A stretch of 64,000 nt of DNA from the human T2T-CHM13v2.0 reference genome, Homo sapiens (GCF_009914755.1 NC_060940.1), one strand, 5' to 3'; shown: positions 40,136 through 55,989, counted from the stretch's first letter. Numbers and translations: made by a program. Notes: generated from the sequence alone by a model not told the origin.

Positions 40136-42683
40136 CGAGTTCCTGCCGCCTGTGTGGTCCCTCCCAGCACCTGGCAGGGCCCAAAGGGGAAGCTCAGGCA
40201 CACACCCACCTACCTCCAGGGCCCTGGGCCCAGCTGACTGAGCTTGACAGCCAGCTCTGCTGCCACAGGGCTGGGGCGAGTGGGACGCCGGGGGCCCCCA
40301 CACATACTCTGGAAATTCAACAAAGTCATGAAGCAACCAAGGGAAAAAAATCAACATTCTGGGCTCATAACCACTAGGTGGGCAGGGCACTGCCTGGCTC
40401 TTCCCCAGGATCACCAGCCCCAGAACGGGGACCCGGCCCCAGCTGCTCTCAGAGCCACAGGGACGATCACCTCAGGCCATGAGGGCCGGGGCCACCCCAG
40501 GTTGGAACCCTGGGCCCAAACTGGCTAGAGTGGGCCTCAGTTTCCCCTTTCCATGAAATCTCAGAGAACATTCACTTTCCTCTTCTCCACTTTCAAAAGT
40601 TTTTAAAATGCAGAGAAGCACAAAGTAACACCCAAGTTCCTCACAGTCAGCCTGTGAGTGCCGCGACTGCTCTGCCCGCACGAGCCTATTCTACCAAGCA
40701 CAGCTTTCCCATCAGCTTCTCCGATCGATTGGCTTCCCTGATTGATTGATTAGCTTCTTCCCGGATTGAGCTGCAGTGCGCTCTTCACTCATCTCCCCAT
40801 TCCTCCCCCTTCCCAGAAGGAAACGGTCTCATGAGTCTCGGGACATCCTTACGGGAAGGAGACATTTCTGAGTTCTGGAATTCCACCCAGGGCCATCTGC
40901 AAGGGCATCCCTGGCCTGTGGCTGTGCTGAGACCCCTGGGCCAGGTCCTGCCCATGAGGAAGGAGGTCAGGGGGCTGTGCTGGGAGAGCTTTAAGTCACA
41001 AAAACAGGCCCCCACAGCCCAGAGCCCCCCAGCCCTGATCCCCCAGAGACCAGAATGACTGAGGCAGGAAGGAAGGGGACCAGCCACAAGGTCGAAGCTT
41101 CAGTCAGCTTTGGAACTCCCCCACTGCAGGTGACTGGCTGGGGTGGAAGCCGCCAGCTTCCCTACAAACCCCTGCTCCTCTCCCATCTCTCTCAGGACCC
41201 CAAGAGCCACATACCATCATACACTTGGCCACTGAGCCAGAACCCACATTTGCAGGGGGAGCCCATGTCATCCTCAGCCACCTAGGAAGGCGGAGTCACT
41301 GCTGTCCCCTGGCTCAGAGGAACCAGGGTCCCCAAAGGTCACAGGGTGAGGCCACCCAGCCAGGGAGGGGCAGAGCCAAGCCAGAACATCTCCGCTGAGC
41401 CTTCTGCCTCAGGGTGACCCCACCCTGCCCTGCCCTACAGCCCCGAGTCAGGACTACAGCCTTGAGGGATCGAGGGGACTCAAGCCAGCTTCCACCACTG
41501 AAGGGCAAAACCCACACTCCCTGACACAACCCCCAAGCCCTCGCAGACTTCCCGGGCTCCCTGACAGCACGAGACTCACGCACATGCTTCTCCCGCTCCC
41601 TCCCCCGGGTCCAGACCCCAGGTCCCTGAGATTTCCCCCAGGCCCTCCAGAGGGGACCCCGTGGACCAGACCCCTTAAAGCAGAGGTCTGCAAAGTGGGA
41701 CCCACGAGCCCCCAAAGCCATGTGCCACCACAGTCGTGTCCTGGGGAGGGGGGCCCAGGGCCCAGGGCCCAGCCAACCTCACGGGCCCAACCTCGGTCCA
41801 GGGCTGCCAGCTGGTGGGGCAAGAGCTGGGCTCCTCTTGTGCGGCCTGGCACACTGCCTGGGCCTCGCAGCCCCTCCCCCCACATCCCAGCTTAGCTGCT
41901 GGACCTTATGGCAGGGTGTCCCCATAGCTGTTCCCACCACGGCAGGCCGGCTCCAAGAAGCTCCCCGGGCCAGGAGGAGAAGCTGATTAAGTGGCCACTT
42001 AAGAGCAGAGAGTGGATTGTTCCCTGTGGGGGGTGGGGAGGGGACTGGACGGCCCTGGCTAAAACCTATGCGCGTGCTCAGTTCCTGGAAAAAGGGGAGT
42101 GAGAAAGACGGACACACTGCCCTCTCACCCACCACATCCTGTTTTTATGGAAAACTAATCCAATTCCTAACAGCAGAGCGAGCAGCCGAACTCCCGGGGG
42201 TCCCGGGTGGCCCTGACAAGCAGGTTGTGGGCGGGGGCTCCCTAGTCCGTGGGGCAGGAGCTCGTCCACAGGGCAAGAGCGCTTCCCTCTCAGCCGCTCC
42301 TCCCTTCTCCCTGGGGAGAGGCCAGGATGGATGCGCCCTTCCTGGCAGTGAGGGGCTGGCTGACCATCTCCACCCCTGCAGCCTCAGCCAGGCCCTGCTC
42401 CCTTCTAGGCCTCGGCCAGTCTGGGGTGGGGGCGGTGCCCACAATGGGCAGGCCAGCGACACCGCGAGCTGCAGGGCCCAGTCCGGGGCACAGCAGTATT
42501 GTGGCTGCAGACCATGGGATCTGGAGCCAGAATAGCCATGGCCGGGGCCGGATGCACCTTGGCAAAGCAAGCTGGGCCTCAGTTTCCTCATCTGTACAGT
42601 GAGGACACCAGCCCTATTCACTGCAAAGGCCACACACTGAAGTACGCTAGGACACAGCAGCACCCGCGCCCACACTTGCTATG

Positions 42684-43096
42684 CAGAGTGGGGGCCCCTC
42701 ATCCAAAGGGGCCAGAAGTATTTCCAGTTTAGGATTTTCTGGATTTTGGAATATTTGCACACGCATAATGAGATATCTTGGGGATGGGACTCAACACAAA
42801 ATTCTACTCACATTTCAATATATACCTCGTACACATACCCTAAAGGCAGTCACATAATTTTGTGTAAATAATGACGGGGGTCTCACTATGTTACCCAGGC
42901 TGCTCTCAAACTCCTGGCCTCAAGTGATCCTCCCACCATGGCCTCCCAAAGTGCTGGGATTACAGGTGTGAGGCCACCACGCCCAGAGCATACTTTCAAT
43001 AATTCTGGCTTCTGACTGTGACCTGGCGTATGAAGTCAGGCCTGGAATTTTCCGCTTGGATTTAGATTTCGGACTTGGGGACTGGGATGCCCAGGC
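42684..43096. mobile_element. Tigger4/MER46-type DNA transposon with an inserted FLAM (42873-42986, minus strand)
   Basis: ggattttggaatatttgca...cataatgagatatcttggggatgggac...tggaattttcc...gggatgc. Confidence 0.75.
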
Positions 43097-45350
43097 TACA
43101 GCATCCTCGCATTTTCCTTACCAATATGAAGACAGACCTGCGGAACGCCTCGGCAGCAATGGAGCTGTGGGACCGGTCCCGCCTCCTCTCCTACCACTGC
43201 ACATGACCGGAGCCCCCACCTCACATCGGCCGGCTCCATTCCTGAGGGTCAGGGCCAAGCCTGGGGACCTGCAGCCTCCAGTCAGCACGCAGGGAGCAGA
43301 GCAGGGAGAGGACCCCGGGCCTGGCTGTCACTGCTTCCTCCTGAGGACCTGAGCCAGGTCTGGGGCTGAGGCTCAAACACAACATGTAGCTCTGGTGGGC
43401 GGAGCGTGGTGGGAAACAGGGAGGGGCCAGGGTGGGCGGGGCCAGGACGAGCCTCATGTCACCTCTGCTAGCTCAGAGCTGGCCCTGCTCCTGCGCAGGT
43501 TAGAGGGAACAGAGAGGCCGGCATGGGGCGGAGTGTGGTTAACAGATCCCCTAGGGGGTCACACCCCTTCCAATGCCACATGGCGGGGCAGCAGGGGGCT
43601 CTGAGGCCCTCCTAACCTACTCCAACCTGGAGGCTCGGGACCCCCACGCCTCTGCCCCTGAGAGAGGAAGTGAGGGACTGTTGACGCATGGCCCGTCCCC
43701 AGGGAAGAGGACTGATGCCTCCCAGGGTGTTCTCCCTGCCCACACGCCCCAGCCCCTCCCCACCCTCTCTCCAGGCAGAGAGTGCACAATCCGGTCTTCC
43801 CAAGCCTCGGTCTGTCGGGACAGAACCTGCCAAAGCCAGAGGAGGCCTGCAGGCAGCCCCACAGGACGCCTGGCAGGCGGCTCCCAGGACGTATCCCCGA
43901 GACCTCTCAGCCTGATGCCTGTGCACAGCCCGCTCCCCCATGACCCGGTCACACCTGCCCCCCAGCCGGGCCCCGCCTGCATCACTTTCTGGCTATGGAC
44001 TTGGGAGCTGGCTCGACCTTTAGGAGTCTGCAGTTCCTGTCTGTGGGGTGGGGGGACGGGAGCGGCTGCCTGGCCAGGCTGTAGCGAGGATGGCACGGTG
44101 AAGAGTCCAGAGTCTGCCAGGACACTGAGCAGGGCGTTCTCCTCAGGGGCGGCTCCAGAACTGCAGTCCATCGGGAGAGGTGGCCGTTAGTGCGGGGGCC
44201 CCGCCATGGGCGGTGCCTGCCTGGGCCGCTCCCTTCCCCCTCAGCCTGAACACGGTCCTGGGTGGGGGTACTCTCCCGCCAGCTGCCGAGCACGTCCACC
44301 ACCTGGTGCCTTCACTGCCAGTGACTCAGCCAGGCCGGCTGGCAGCCCAGCCGCACCAAGTCACCCTGAGCACGCCCCACGGTTCCCACGGAGCAGTCAG
44401 GTCCGGGCCAGGCGTCCTCCACTGGGCCCCGCGCGGCCCTGCCATAGGTGACACCAGCCACCACCAGAGTTGCTGGGCCTCATGTCCTCACCTGGGAGGC
44501 CAGTGAGGTGCCCTGGGGGCTTGGGTGAGGAGCTCTAACTATAGGAATCCGGTGGGCGGCACTGGAGAGACTCCCTGCCGTCACATGCCCTGAGCGCAGG
44601 GGATTAAGAGGCTCTGGGCCCTCTCATCTGCAGGCGGGGCCTGGGCGGAGCAGCTCCACCCTCTCACGTCTTGCTCTGTGTTGCAAGGTCCTTCCGCCCC
44701 TGTCACTTAGCAGGTGGTCTCAGTCCCGGAGAGCCAGAGCCGTGAGGCAGAGCAGGGCAGGCGCTAATCTCACAGGGAGATAAAAATCAACCGTGCGAAA
44801 GGCCCCACAGAGCGACCGCTACTGGCACCGGGCCCAGCCTTGCAGGAACTCTGCACCCAGTGACCCCCCCTTGGGAGGTCCAGACCAGTTCCACTCTTAA
44901 GGACGAAGTGCTGGAGGCTCAGAGAGGCTGAGAGATTCACCCAACCACCGGCCCAATGGTGCTCAGCAGCAGAGCCAGGACTGGGAGCCTCATCTGACTA
45001 CATACAGCTAGGAGTGCGGCGACAACAAGAAACCAGGCCAGGCGGGGCTCCCATCCCACCGCCTCCCTTGCCCTGCAGGCCCCAAGCCCAGCAGGCAGGG
45101 TAAGGAGCACACAGCTTTCTTGACTGGGGGCTCGGCTCCCCACGGCTCACGCAGCTGCTGGGCTCAGGGGCCACACACGCCCAAGCCTGAACCTCAGCAG
45201 GGCCACTCGACAAGTGCCCTATGACAGTGTCCAGCGGAGGTCCCAAGCTAGCCATGGGGGTCCCCCTCAGCCCACAGTCAGAGCAGGGCCATAGGGAGGT
45301 GCTGGGTGGGACAAGGTTGCAGAGGTGACACTAGTGGAGCCGACGTCCAG

Positions 45351-45677
45351 ATGCCCGTCCACCCGCGGCCCCAGGCCCTCCTGAGACTCTATGCCCGTCC
45401 ACCCGCGGCCCCAGGCCCTCCTGAGACTCTATGCCCGTCCACCCGCGGCCCCAGGCCCTCCTGAGACTCTATGCCCGTCCACCCGCGGCCCCAGGCCCTC
45501 CTGAGACTCTATGCCCGTCCACCCGCGGCCCCAGGCCCTCCTGAGACTCTATGCCCGTCCACCCGCGGCCCCAGGCCCACCTGAGACTCTATGCCTGTCC
45601 ACCCGCGGCCCCAGGCCCTCCTGAGACTCTGGTCAGGATGCCTGTCCACCTGCGGCCCCAGGCCCTCCTGAGACTCT
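45351..45677. repeat. 40-bp VNTR x8, intron 1
   Basis: atgcccgtccacccgcggccccaggccctcctgagactct; 7 contiguous units plus 1 after a 7-nt spacer. Confidence 0.97.
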
Positions 45678-46011
45678 GGGCATGGCTGTCAGAATGACCA
45701 TCCCTGGTGCCATTGAGACCCCAGATCCAGCACCTGTGTCCAGCGCTGAAGTCCCAAGTCTGTGTCCAAGCTCAGAAGGAGGGCCCAGAATCCCAGACGT
45801 ATCATGGCAGCAAGTGAGCCGGGGGTTGGGACAGGTAAGCAGGCTCTTGTGGCTTAGCCACCAGCTCGGAATATACTTTCCATGTGGACATGAGGCCCAG
45901 GTGCCAATAACCAACAGCCACGCTGGAGCTGAGGGCCCTGGGAGCCTGCAGGCCCCAGCCCACAGGCAGGTGGCAGAGGGCACGGCTTCCTCCCTCATAA
46001 AAAGGCCCGTG

Positions 46012-46371
<360 letters not shown>

Positions 46372-47118
46372 TCATGTCACCCCCTTGCAAATGTGCAAGC
46401 TCCTGAGGCCGCAGGCTGGGGTGGGCCATGGCAGGGCCAGCCTCCCCTCCAAACACCCACGGGACACGTGAGTGGAGGCACATGGCTTCCAGCTGGCCCC
46501 AGGGGTGCCTGGAAGACTGTGTCAGCCTCTGGAATGTGAGGCGGCCTGTCTGTCCACCCAGAAGCTTCTGGCACTCCAGGGAGCTCGAGCTCGCTGTGCT
46601 CTGGAAGCAGCAATTACTCCTCCATCTGTCACCAGCGGCTCCAGCCAGCCCTCAGGTCCACGTGCCTCCTTCCTCCTGGGTCTCATTGATTCAGGCTGAG
46701 CCTCCCCCTCTGGCCCCCCAGTAACTCCCGGCGTCACGCCCAGGCCCTCGCTCAGGGGATCTGAGTAGAGGGGAGGCCTGAGTCAGGACAGCCCTCCAAG
46801 AGTGGGCAGCCAACGAGGGACCCCCTGAATAAAAACCGCAGAGGAGGTCTGCCCACCTGGCGTGGGGGCCAGGGAGGAGGTGGGCAGGGGGAGGGGCCTT
46901 GCCCGAGACCAGAGGTGGCTGGGGGCCGAGGGTCGGCAGGAAGCCAGGCGACCGATGGGCGCAGCACAGACTGCCTCCACGTGGCCCTGCACAGCCTGGC
47001 CTCACTAGGGGAAGGGTGAAGACAGCAGCTGGCGCTTCCCCTCAAAAAAACCCTGGGGGCTCAAGGCCACCCCTGAGGTCTCCAGGCTCCTAGGAACAGG
47101 GCCTGACAGGGAAAAGGC

Positions 47119-47287
47119 TGACAGGCAGGTCGGGGGACTGGACAGCAGCTGCCTATTGGGTGACAGGCAGGTCGGGGGAGTGGACAGCAGCTGCCTACTG
47201 GGTGACAGGCAGGTCGGGGGAGTGGACAGCAGCTGCCTACTGGGTGACAGGCAGGTCGGGGGAGTGGACAGCAGCTGCCTACTGGGG
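47119..47287. repeat. 42-bp tandem repeat x4, intron 1
   Basis: gacaggcaggtcgggggagtggacagcagctgcctactgggt. Confidence 0.96.
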
Positions 47288-47766
47288 GTGAGGGCTCCGG
47301 CCACCCTGCACCCAGTGTCCTCCTGGGTGGTCTTAGGAAGAGGGTCACTCGACCCCAGCCCTCCAGTGCAGGGCCCCACCGGAGCTTGCTCTGGGCACTT
47401 CTGGCCCTGCCAAAAGTCCCCTCAGGTGCCACCATCCCTGACCACCAACACCTCCCTGCAGGTCCCCCGAGTCCCTTCAGCACCGCAAGCCTCCTCCCCG
47501 CCACTGCTGACCTTCAGAGATTGGGGCCCCTCCAGGCCTCCCTCTCCCCTGGCTTGGAAGTTCTGTGCCCAGCGATAAGGTCTGGGATGCAGCTCCCAAC
47601 ACAGCAGGAACCGGTCACCAGGCAGGGCTGGGTGGGCGTGGCCTGAGCTTCTAAGCGCATGAGTGTCACCTCCTCCTGGCCTCTGCCTGGGCCCCCTTCC
47701 CACCCACAGGATGGCGACGCCCAGTGACTCCCTGACCAGGCTGTAATAATATAAACTAGAGGTCCA

Positions 47767-47930
47767 GCCTCGTGATACATGCCTGTAATCCCAGCTACTC
47801 AGGAGGCTGAGGCATGAGAATCGCTTGAACCCGGGAGGCGGAGTTTGCGATGAGTCGAGATTGTGCCACTGCACACCAGCTTGGGCGACAGAGCGAGACT
47901 CTGTCTCGATAAGTAAATAAATAAAAATAA
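47767..47930 (+). mobile_element. 5'-truncated Alu (right arm)
   Basis: TSD-like aatataaact(a/g)ga on both sides. Confidence 0.88.
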
Positions 47931-48800
47931 CAATATAAACTGGAGAAAGACACCCGTGGGTGCTGAAGGGGAAAACAGGACCCAGCTGTGATAGCCAGGA
48001 CAGCTCAGGGTCAAGGAGACTCACTCCTGGGCTCCAGAGTCCCCAGCAGCAGCCTGGGCACCTCTGTATACCACGTGGAGGAGAAACGGGTGGGCATCGC
48101 TGGCCCAGCTGCAGGTCTGAGTGGGGGTCCCAGGAAGCCTGAAAAGGAAGCCGGCAATCCCGCGCTGGACCCATGAAGAAGGGCCGACCAGACAAGGATG
48201 GGGCCCAAGGGCAAAGAGACCGCTTGTCTTATGCCACAGTGGCTGGGGAGAGCACTCTTAGGGTACATGGGGTTCCCTGCAGGATTCCGCAAAAACAGGG
48301 CACCCCGGAGCCGGCTGCGCAGGAGCGAACGGTGCCCACATGGTCTAAGATACCTCAGCACAGCCTCCTGGGCGCTGAAACCACCCAGGCATTCAGAGAT
48401 GGTAATACCAGGCCTGGGAATTAACCCCAGAGGAACCAGTCAAAGGAAGGAAAAACAGGCGCAAAGATAGTGGCTATGTAACGACAGGGCGGTGCTGGGA
48501 GGCAGGCTCACTTTGCAGGGACCCAAAGGCACCCACTCCATCCAGCAGACACCCAGGGAGGCCCCGGCCCAGACAGTGAAGACGACAGAGTTCCCGGCCG
48601 TACCCGTGACACCCAGGACGTAACGGAGTGAGGGGACCAGGGACTCCGGAGCATGGCAGAGGGGCCGTCCCTGACCCTGACAGGACGCAGGCCCTGGGGA
48701 GAGGCCTGGCTCCTGGAAGGTGAGCAGGATTGCCTGGCACAGGCTGGAGCAGGAGGCAGAGGCGCCCACACAGGACACAGAGGATGCCGGGGCAGACCTA

Positions 48801-49275
<475 letters not shown>

Positions 49276-49671
49276 GACATGGCGAAGGGCAGGACAGGAG
49301 TGGCAGCCAAGGGTAGGGAGAGTATGTGCAGGAGGCTGGCTGATGGCACCAACAGGTCAAAAGACAAAAGACCCCATTGTTTAAACAGCTGGGAGACTTG
49401 AGGAGACTCCTCAGAAGAAGGCAGTGCACACGCAGAGGCAAAGGCCCTCGTTAAGCACCCAGGTCACTGCAGATTAAAGCCACGGGAGGCACCAACCAGA
49501 GCCGGAGCCTGGCTCCAGCATGCGCAGCACAGGCCGTGGGGCAGTCGGGGCCTCAGAGCCAGGCCCACGGGCTACAAGCTGGGGAGCGCAGGGGCAGTTT
49601 CCTTTCAGGTTAAACACGTGCCACCCAGGACCCGAGATCCCACACTGTGGTGCACAGAAGGAACCAAATGA

Positions 49672-50041
<370 letters not shown>

Positions 50042-50489
50042 CTAGCTGCCCCAGCCTTTGGGCAGCTCCTATGTGCACATCTAGGAGGGGAGGAAGGGGA
50101 GAGGCTGTGTGCTCAGGGCATCTGGGGAGGCGAAGCCACGGGAGGTTAGCAGGGAATGAACACAGGAGGGAACTGGGGGGCCACACACCAGGGGCAGAGT
50201 AGGGGATTCAGCAGACGGGAGTGACCGCAGAAGGGCCAGGGCTTGGGGACAGGACTGTGGGGCTGGACCCTGGCTCGGGGCGGGCCAGTCCGGCGCTGAT
50301 AGCCTCTCTGCCACCCACGGCCCCTGAGCCTGTACGTCCTCATGTGTGCAACAGGGCTGCTGCTGCTGTCTGTCCCAAGAGGGGAATGTGTGTGCTCATT
50401 CCCCGCCCGGCAGGAGATCTGGGCCCGGCTCACTTCTTGGCAGGGACTAGAAGGAGGGAAGGGCCTGCACCAGGCTGAAGTGTCAGGAT

Positions 50490-50801
<312 letters not shown>

Positions 50802-50885
50802 TAGGAAAAGCACAAGGGCGTGCACCCACCAAGGAGGGAGAAAGCGAAGGCAGCGGAGGCCAGGGCAGAGCCTTACAGGCCGCCC

Positions 50886-51064
50886 ATTGCAGGGTCCTCA
50901 TTGTCACTGGCCCGCAGACACATTGCAGGGTCCTCACTGTCACTGGCCCGCAGACACATTGCGGGGTCCTCACTGTCACTGGCCCGCAGACACATTGCGG
51001 GGTCCTCATTGTCACTGGCCCGCAGACACATTGCGGGGTCCTCATTGTCACTGGCCCGCAGACA
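50886..51064. repeat. 36-bp tandem repeat x5, intron 1
   Basis: attgcggggtcctcattgtcactggcccgcagacac. Confidence 0.96.
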
Positions 51065-52537
51065 GGAAAGGAAAAGTAAATCCCCGCTGAGGCAGGGGCA
51101 GTGGGATGGACGATGGCTTCCCTTTTCAAAACTCCCTTTCATGTTGCTTTAATGATGTGTCGTTTTAAACGGTACTTTAACCATAAACAGAAATCAAGTA
51201 AATGAGGGAGCGAGGGCCGCGTGGTGGCTGAGCTGCGTAAAGGCAGACAGTGGGGGTCCCAGGCGACAGATTGCAAACTGCAGGCCTTGGGGGGTCCAGG
51301 AGGTGAGTGAGACCAAGACCAGACCTGGGGTCCTTGAGGCCCCTCCAGGGCAGGCAGCCCCAAACCCACGCCTGTGCCTTCCTTCGAGGCTCCTCCCGGG
51401 CAGGTGGCCTCCCTAAACCCACATCTGTCCCCTCCTTTGACGCCCCTCCTGGGCAGGCGGCCTCCGCAAACCTGCGTCTGTCCCTCCCGCATGGCCCTCC
51501 AGGTCTCACCACAGCCACAAGCCTCCGGGAGCTCCTGCGGGCCTGGGAATCTGTTTAAGTCACAGTTGAGTTTCATTGTTTTCCCCGAGGCTGGAGGCTT
51601 CTAGACACACGGGAGGGAGGGCGGACAAACACACCCCAGCACTGCGGGGGTCCAGGACTCCCCTGCCTGATGCCGCTCCCGGACCGGTGTAGCTCACAGA
51701 TGGGCATGGCCCGAGCCCCCTTCCTGCTTTTGGGGGTAGAGCTGTGGCACCGAGAGCCGGCCTTGTTCTTGACTCTTCCTGGGCCCATTTTAGCCGCCCA
51801 TCCACAGGCAAAGGAAACCACAGGGGGTGGCTGAGGCGGCTGCTGTCCCTCTTTAGCCTGAACCTGAGGAAGGAGAAGCAGCCCCAGCTATATATACCCA
51901 CAGAAAAATAGTGTGCAGATTGGAGCCTGGTAAACAGCCGGCAGCCAAACCCTGCCGGCCCGTCAGAGGGAGCCTGAAATACTCCCTGTAATTATGCTAT
52001 TAAAACACACCCGAAAAATTGATCCACCCCACTCGGCAAAGGCTCCTGAGACAACGGCGGGGAATCGGGTGGCCACGCACGTCGGCCTAAGGGGCCCTGG
52101 CAGCGCCCGGCAGGACAGCTGTCCACTGCACACCTCAGAGCCGGCACCCGGGACGGTCAGCGTCCCCATGGGCCCGGCACCAGCAGCTGCCCAGATCCTC
52201 ACCCGCACACATGAAGGGTCCCTGCAACCCAGCGTCCACCGTGGAGAAACATGAACGTGAGCAAAAATACGGCCTGCGGTGGGTGTGCCACCCCACACAG
52301 AAGGGCGAGAGGCTCGTGTGCCATCCCACACACTGGGAGCCACCCACACACCCAGGCATCCAGCAGCCGCCGAGGCACAAGGCTGTGGCCCAGGGAAGGC
52401 ACCTGGGGAAGCGGCCGTTCCAGCTGGGAGAGAGACCCAGAGAGCGGGGGCAGGTGGGGTGCATGGCGCGTTCACCAGAGGCTTCCCGCTGGGAACAGGG
52501 GAGGACAGAGGTTCAAAGGGTTAAAAAGGGAATTTAA

Positions 52538-52857
<320 letters not shown>

Positions 52858-54199
52858 AAGGGATCCCATTTTGGACGGCGTCGGGGGAGCCCCATTTTCC
52901 TGGCACTGATCGCACTTTTCTTTCCCCGCCTGTGCTCAGCATCGCGCTTTGTGAATAAACAGCAATGACCGTGCGGGGCCCCCAACCTCCTTTCCTGGCT
53001 AGCTTGGGAGGGAGAGCAGGGAGCTCCAGCCCCACCCCAACACCCACCTCCACTGGCCCTGAACCAGAACTTGGACTTCTGGCTGCTGCCCAGAGCTCTG
53101 TCCCACAGGACCGGCGTGAGAGGATGCATGAATGAATCTGAGTGGTCGGGAATCTGCAGTGGGATGGGCTGGGCTGCAGACACCCCTGGGGACGCGCTGT
53201 GTGTGCAGCATGAGGGAGGCCGACAGCCCCACAGGTCCCAAGGAGCCTCTGTGCTCCTGGGAGCTGCCCTGTGTGCTCCGGGACCAGGCGGTGAGTGGCC
53301 CCTTCCCCTCAGCTCCATGGAGGCCCGACGGACCCCCGGCCACCGCGGCACTCAGCGCAGCTGGGAAAGCCTGTGTTGCGGGTCTCCTGGCCCCACGATT
53401 GTGCGAGGAATTCTGAGCCTTCCGGGGGGGACGGCTGTCCCGCCCCTACCCCCACCCAGCCTGGGTGTGAGATCCAAAGCCCGAGAGACCTGAGACTTGG
53501 AAGCGGCTGTGAAGCTTTTACGGTGTCACTTACAGGGGAGGAAACCCAGACCCAGAGAAGGGGGTGAGGGCCCCACACGTTCAGAGCAAGATAGGGTCGG
53601 CTGCTGCCCACGAGCCGCCACCAGGTCGGCCACCCCTCTGCCTGCCCCCGTCCTCCCAGTGACCCTGGACCCCAAGTCCCCTTCAGGTGCCTCGGCCAGC
53701 AGGTGTGGGACTCAACCGCCAAGGAGAGGAGAAGCCTTCACCCCGGGCCTGTCCCTTCCCACCAGTGTGATCTTGGGTGTGTGAATTAACTTCCCTCACC
53801 CCAGAGTCCTAATCCAAAAAATAGGCTCAACAGCCGCACCCTGAAGCCAGCAGAGGAGCTCAAAGGTCAAGAGCAGGACAGAAGGCAGATACAGAGGATG
53901 TGGGTGGGGGTAGGGGAAGGGGGGGTCCCGCCTCACAGTCACCCAGGAGACTCAGGCCTCCAGGCAGGCTAAGGCAGAGAGGGGCAGGGGTTGGCTGGGA
54001 ACAGCTTGCCTTTCAGAAGAACACAGGACCCACACCCAGCAAGGAAGGGTCTGTCCATGCCACATGTGTGTGTGGGATACTGTGCTGGCTTCTAAACTGC
54101 TCTGTGAGCTAGGATTCTCTACCACAAGGAAGGGCAAACTTGCTTTTGGAACCAGAAGAAAAAGCTTATATAAACAAAGAAGCAAAAGTCTAACTGTCA

Positions 54200-54496
54200 G
54201 CCGGGCGCGGTGGCTCATGCCTGTAACCCCAGCACTTTTGGAGGCTGAGGCGGGCAGATCGCTTAAGGTCAGGAGTTCAAGGCCAGCCTGGCCAAAGTGG
54301 TGAAACCCCGTCTCTACAAAAAATACAAAAATTAGGTATGGTGCTACACACCTGTAATCTCAGCTACTCAGGAGGCTGAGGCAGGAGGATGGCTTGAGCC
54401 CTGGAGGCTGAAGTTGTAGGGAGCCAAAATCACGCCGCTACACTCCAGCCTGGGCGACAGAGTGAGCCTCTGTCTTTAAGAAAAAAGAGAAAAAAG
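54200..54496 (+). mobile_element. Alu (old, AluJ-like)
   Basis: ggaggatggcttgagccc in the right arm. Confidence 0.92.
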
Positions 54497-55631
54497 CCTA
54501 ACTGTCTATTTCTAAAATAGCTAAACAGAAGACTAACATTTTGTTGAATTGAAAAGGGGATTTCTGAGGCCAGAGAGGCCAGGAATGGCTTCCTGCAAGA
54601 TGCGGCTCTCACTGGACCCTGACGACTGCGGTGGTCCCATCTCAGGAGTGGGCTGCAGCGGGCAGATGAGGCCGTCAAGGCCCACGGTGGTTCCCCTTCA
54701 TCTTTGAGCACCGAAAGCAAATGCACTGCCGAGTCAGCACAGGAGAGACACCGCCCAGGAAGCTGCCTTGGGGCCAGGATCAGAGACTGTGCACCCCCAC
54801 CCACCCCCAGAGGAAACTTCCTCTCTGTGGGACCCTGGCAGCTGGGGCTGGAGCTCCCTGTGTCCTGGGCACCAGTGACCCGCTGCGGGACGAGCACCCG
54901 CTGTGACCCATCCTCAGCTCCTGGGCAGTCCCTGGCCCCTTCCCCAAACACGCACACATGTGCACACTCACACCTGCAGCCCTTGGTGCTGTGAGGCAGG
55001 CCCCACGCTCTCCTGCTGACTCATCCAGCCTCCAGGCCCAGCATGGGGACAGAGTGCGCCCCTCTGTCACACCAGGGAGCTGATGCTCAGAAGGGGCCCC
55101 CAAGCCACAGAGGAAAGCAGCTCCCACCCTACTCTGCCACGGCCATGCTCTTCCCAGCACCCTCGGATGGGACAGGCCAGGGTTCTGTGCAGGTCCTGAG
55201 ACCCGGGCACAGGCCTCCGAAGGGTGACTCTGCCATGCTCAGCTCAGAGGGTCTGCACTGCTGAGCAACTGTGAGCCGAGTGCCTGCTGTTCCCCAGCTT
55301 CTCGGCCGCCTCCCAGGAGTGGTGAGACCCTGATGGTGACAATGTTCTGAAAAAGGAGGCAGCATCCCTCATGCTAAATGGTGACACTTCTCAGTGACAA
55401 TCAGCCTGAAGGAGGTGACGCCCAGCTTGCCGGCCGTGGGTGTGCCCCTAGGCTGTGCCACGAGGCACCCTGAAAAGCAGAAGCCATATTGTCAGCCCAC
55501 GTGGGTGTCCCACAGTCAGTGACACGGTGGCTCCTCTCGCACCAGCTGGCTTTCCGCAGCCCTGTCTAGATTTCCCACTGATAGAACTGGAGGTGCGGTC
55601 CCATATTATCAGAATCACAAATGTCCTGCCC

Positions 55632-55989
<358 letters not shown>

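Noticed and set aside
50886-51064. CRISPR-like 36-bp palindromic repeat
   Set aside because: Units are contiguous with no unique spacers, there are no cas genes, and the context is a human intron.
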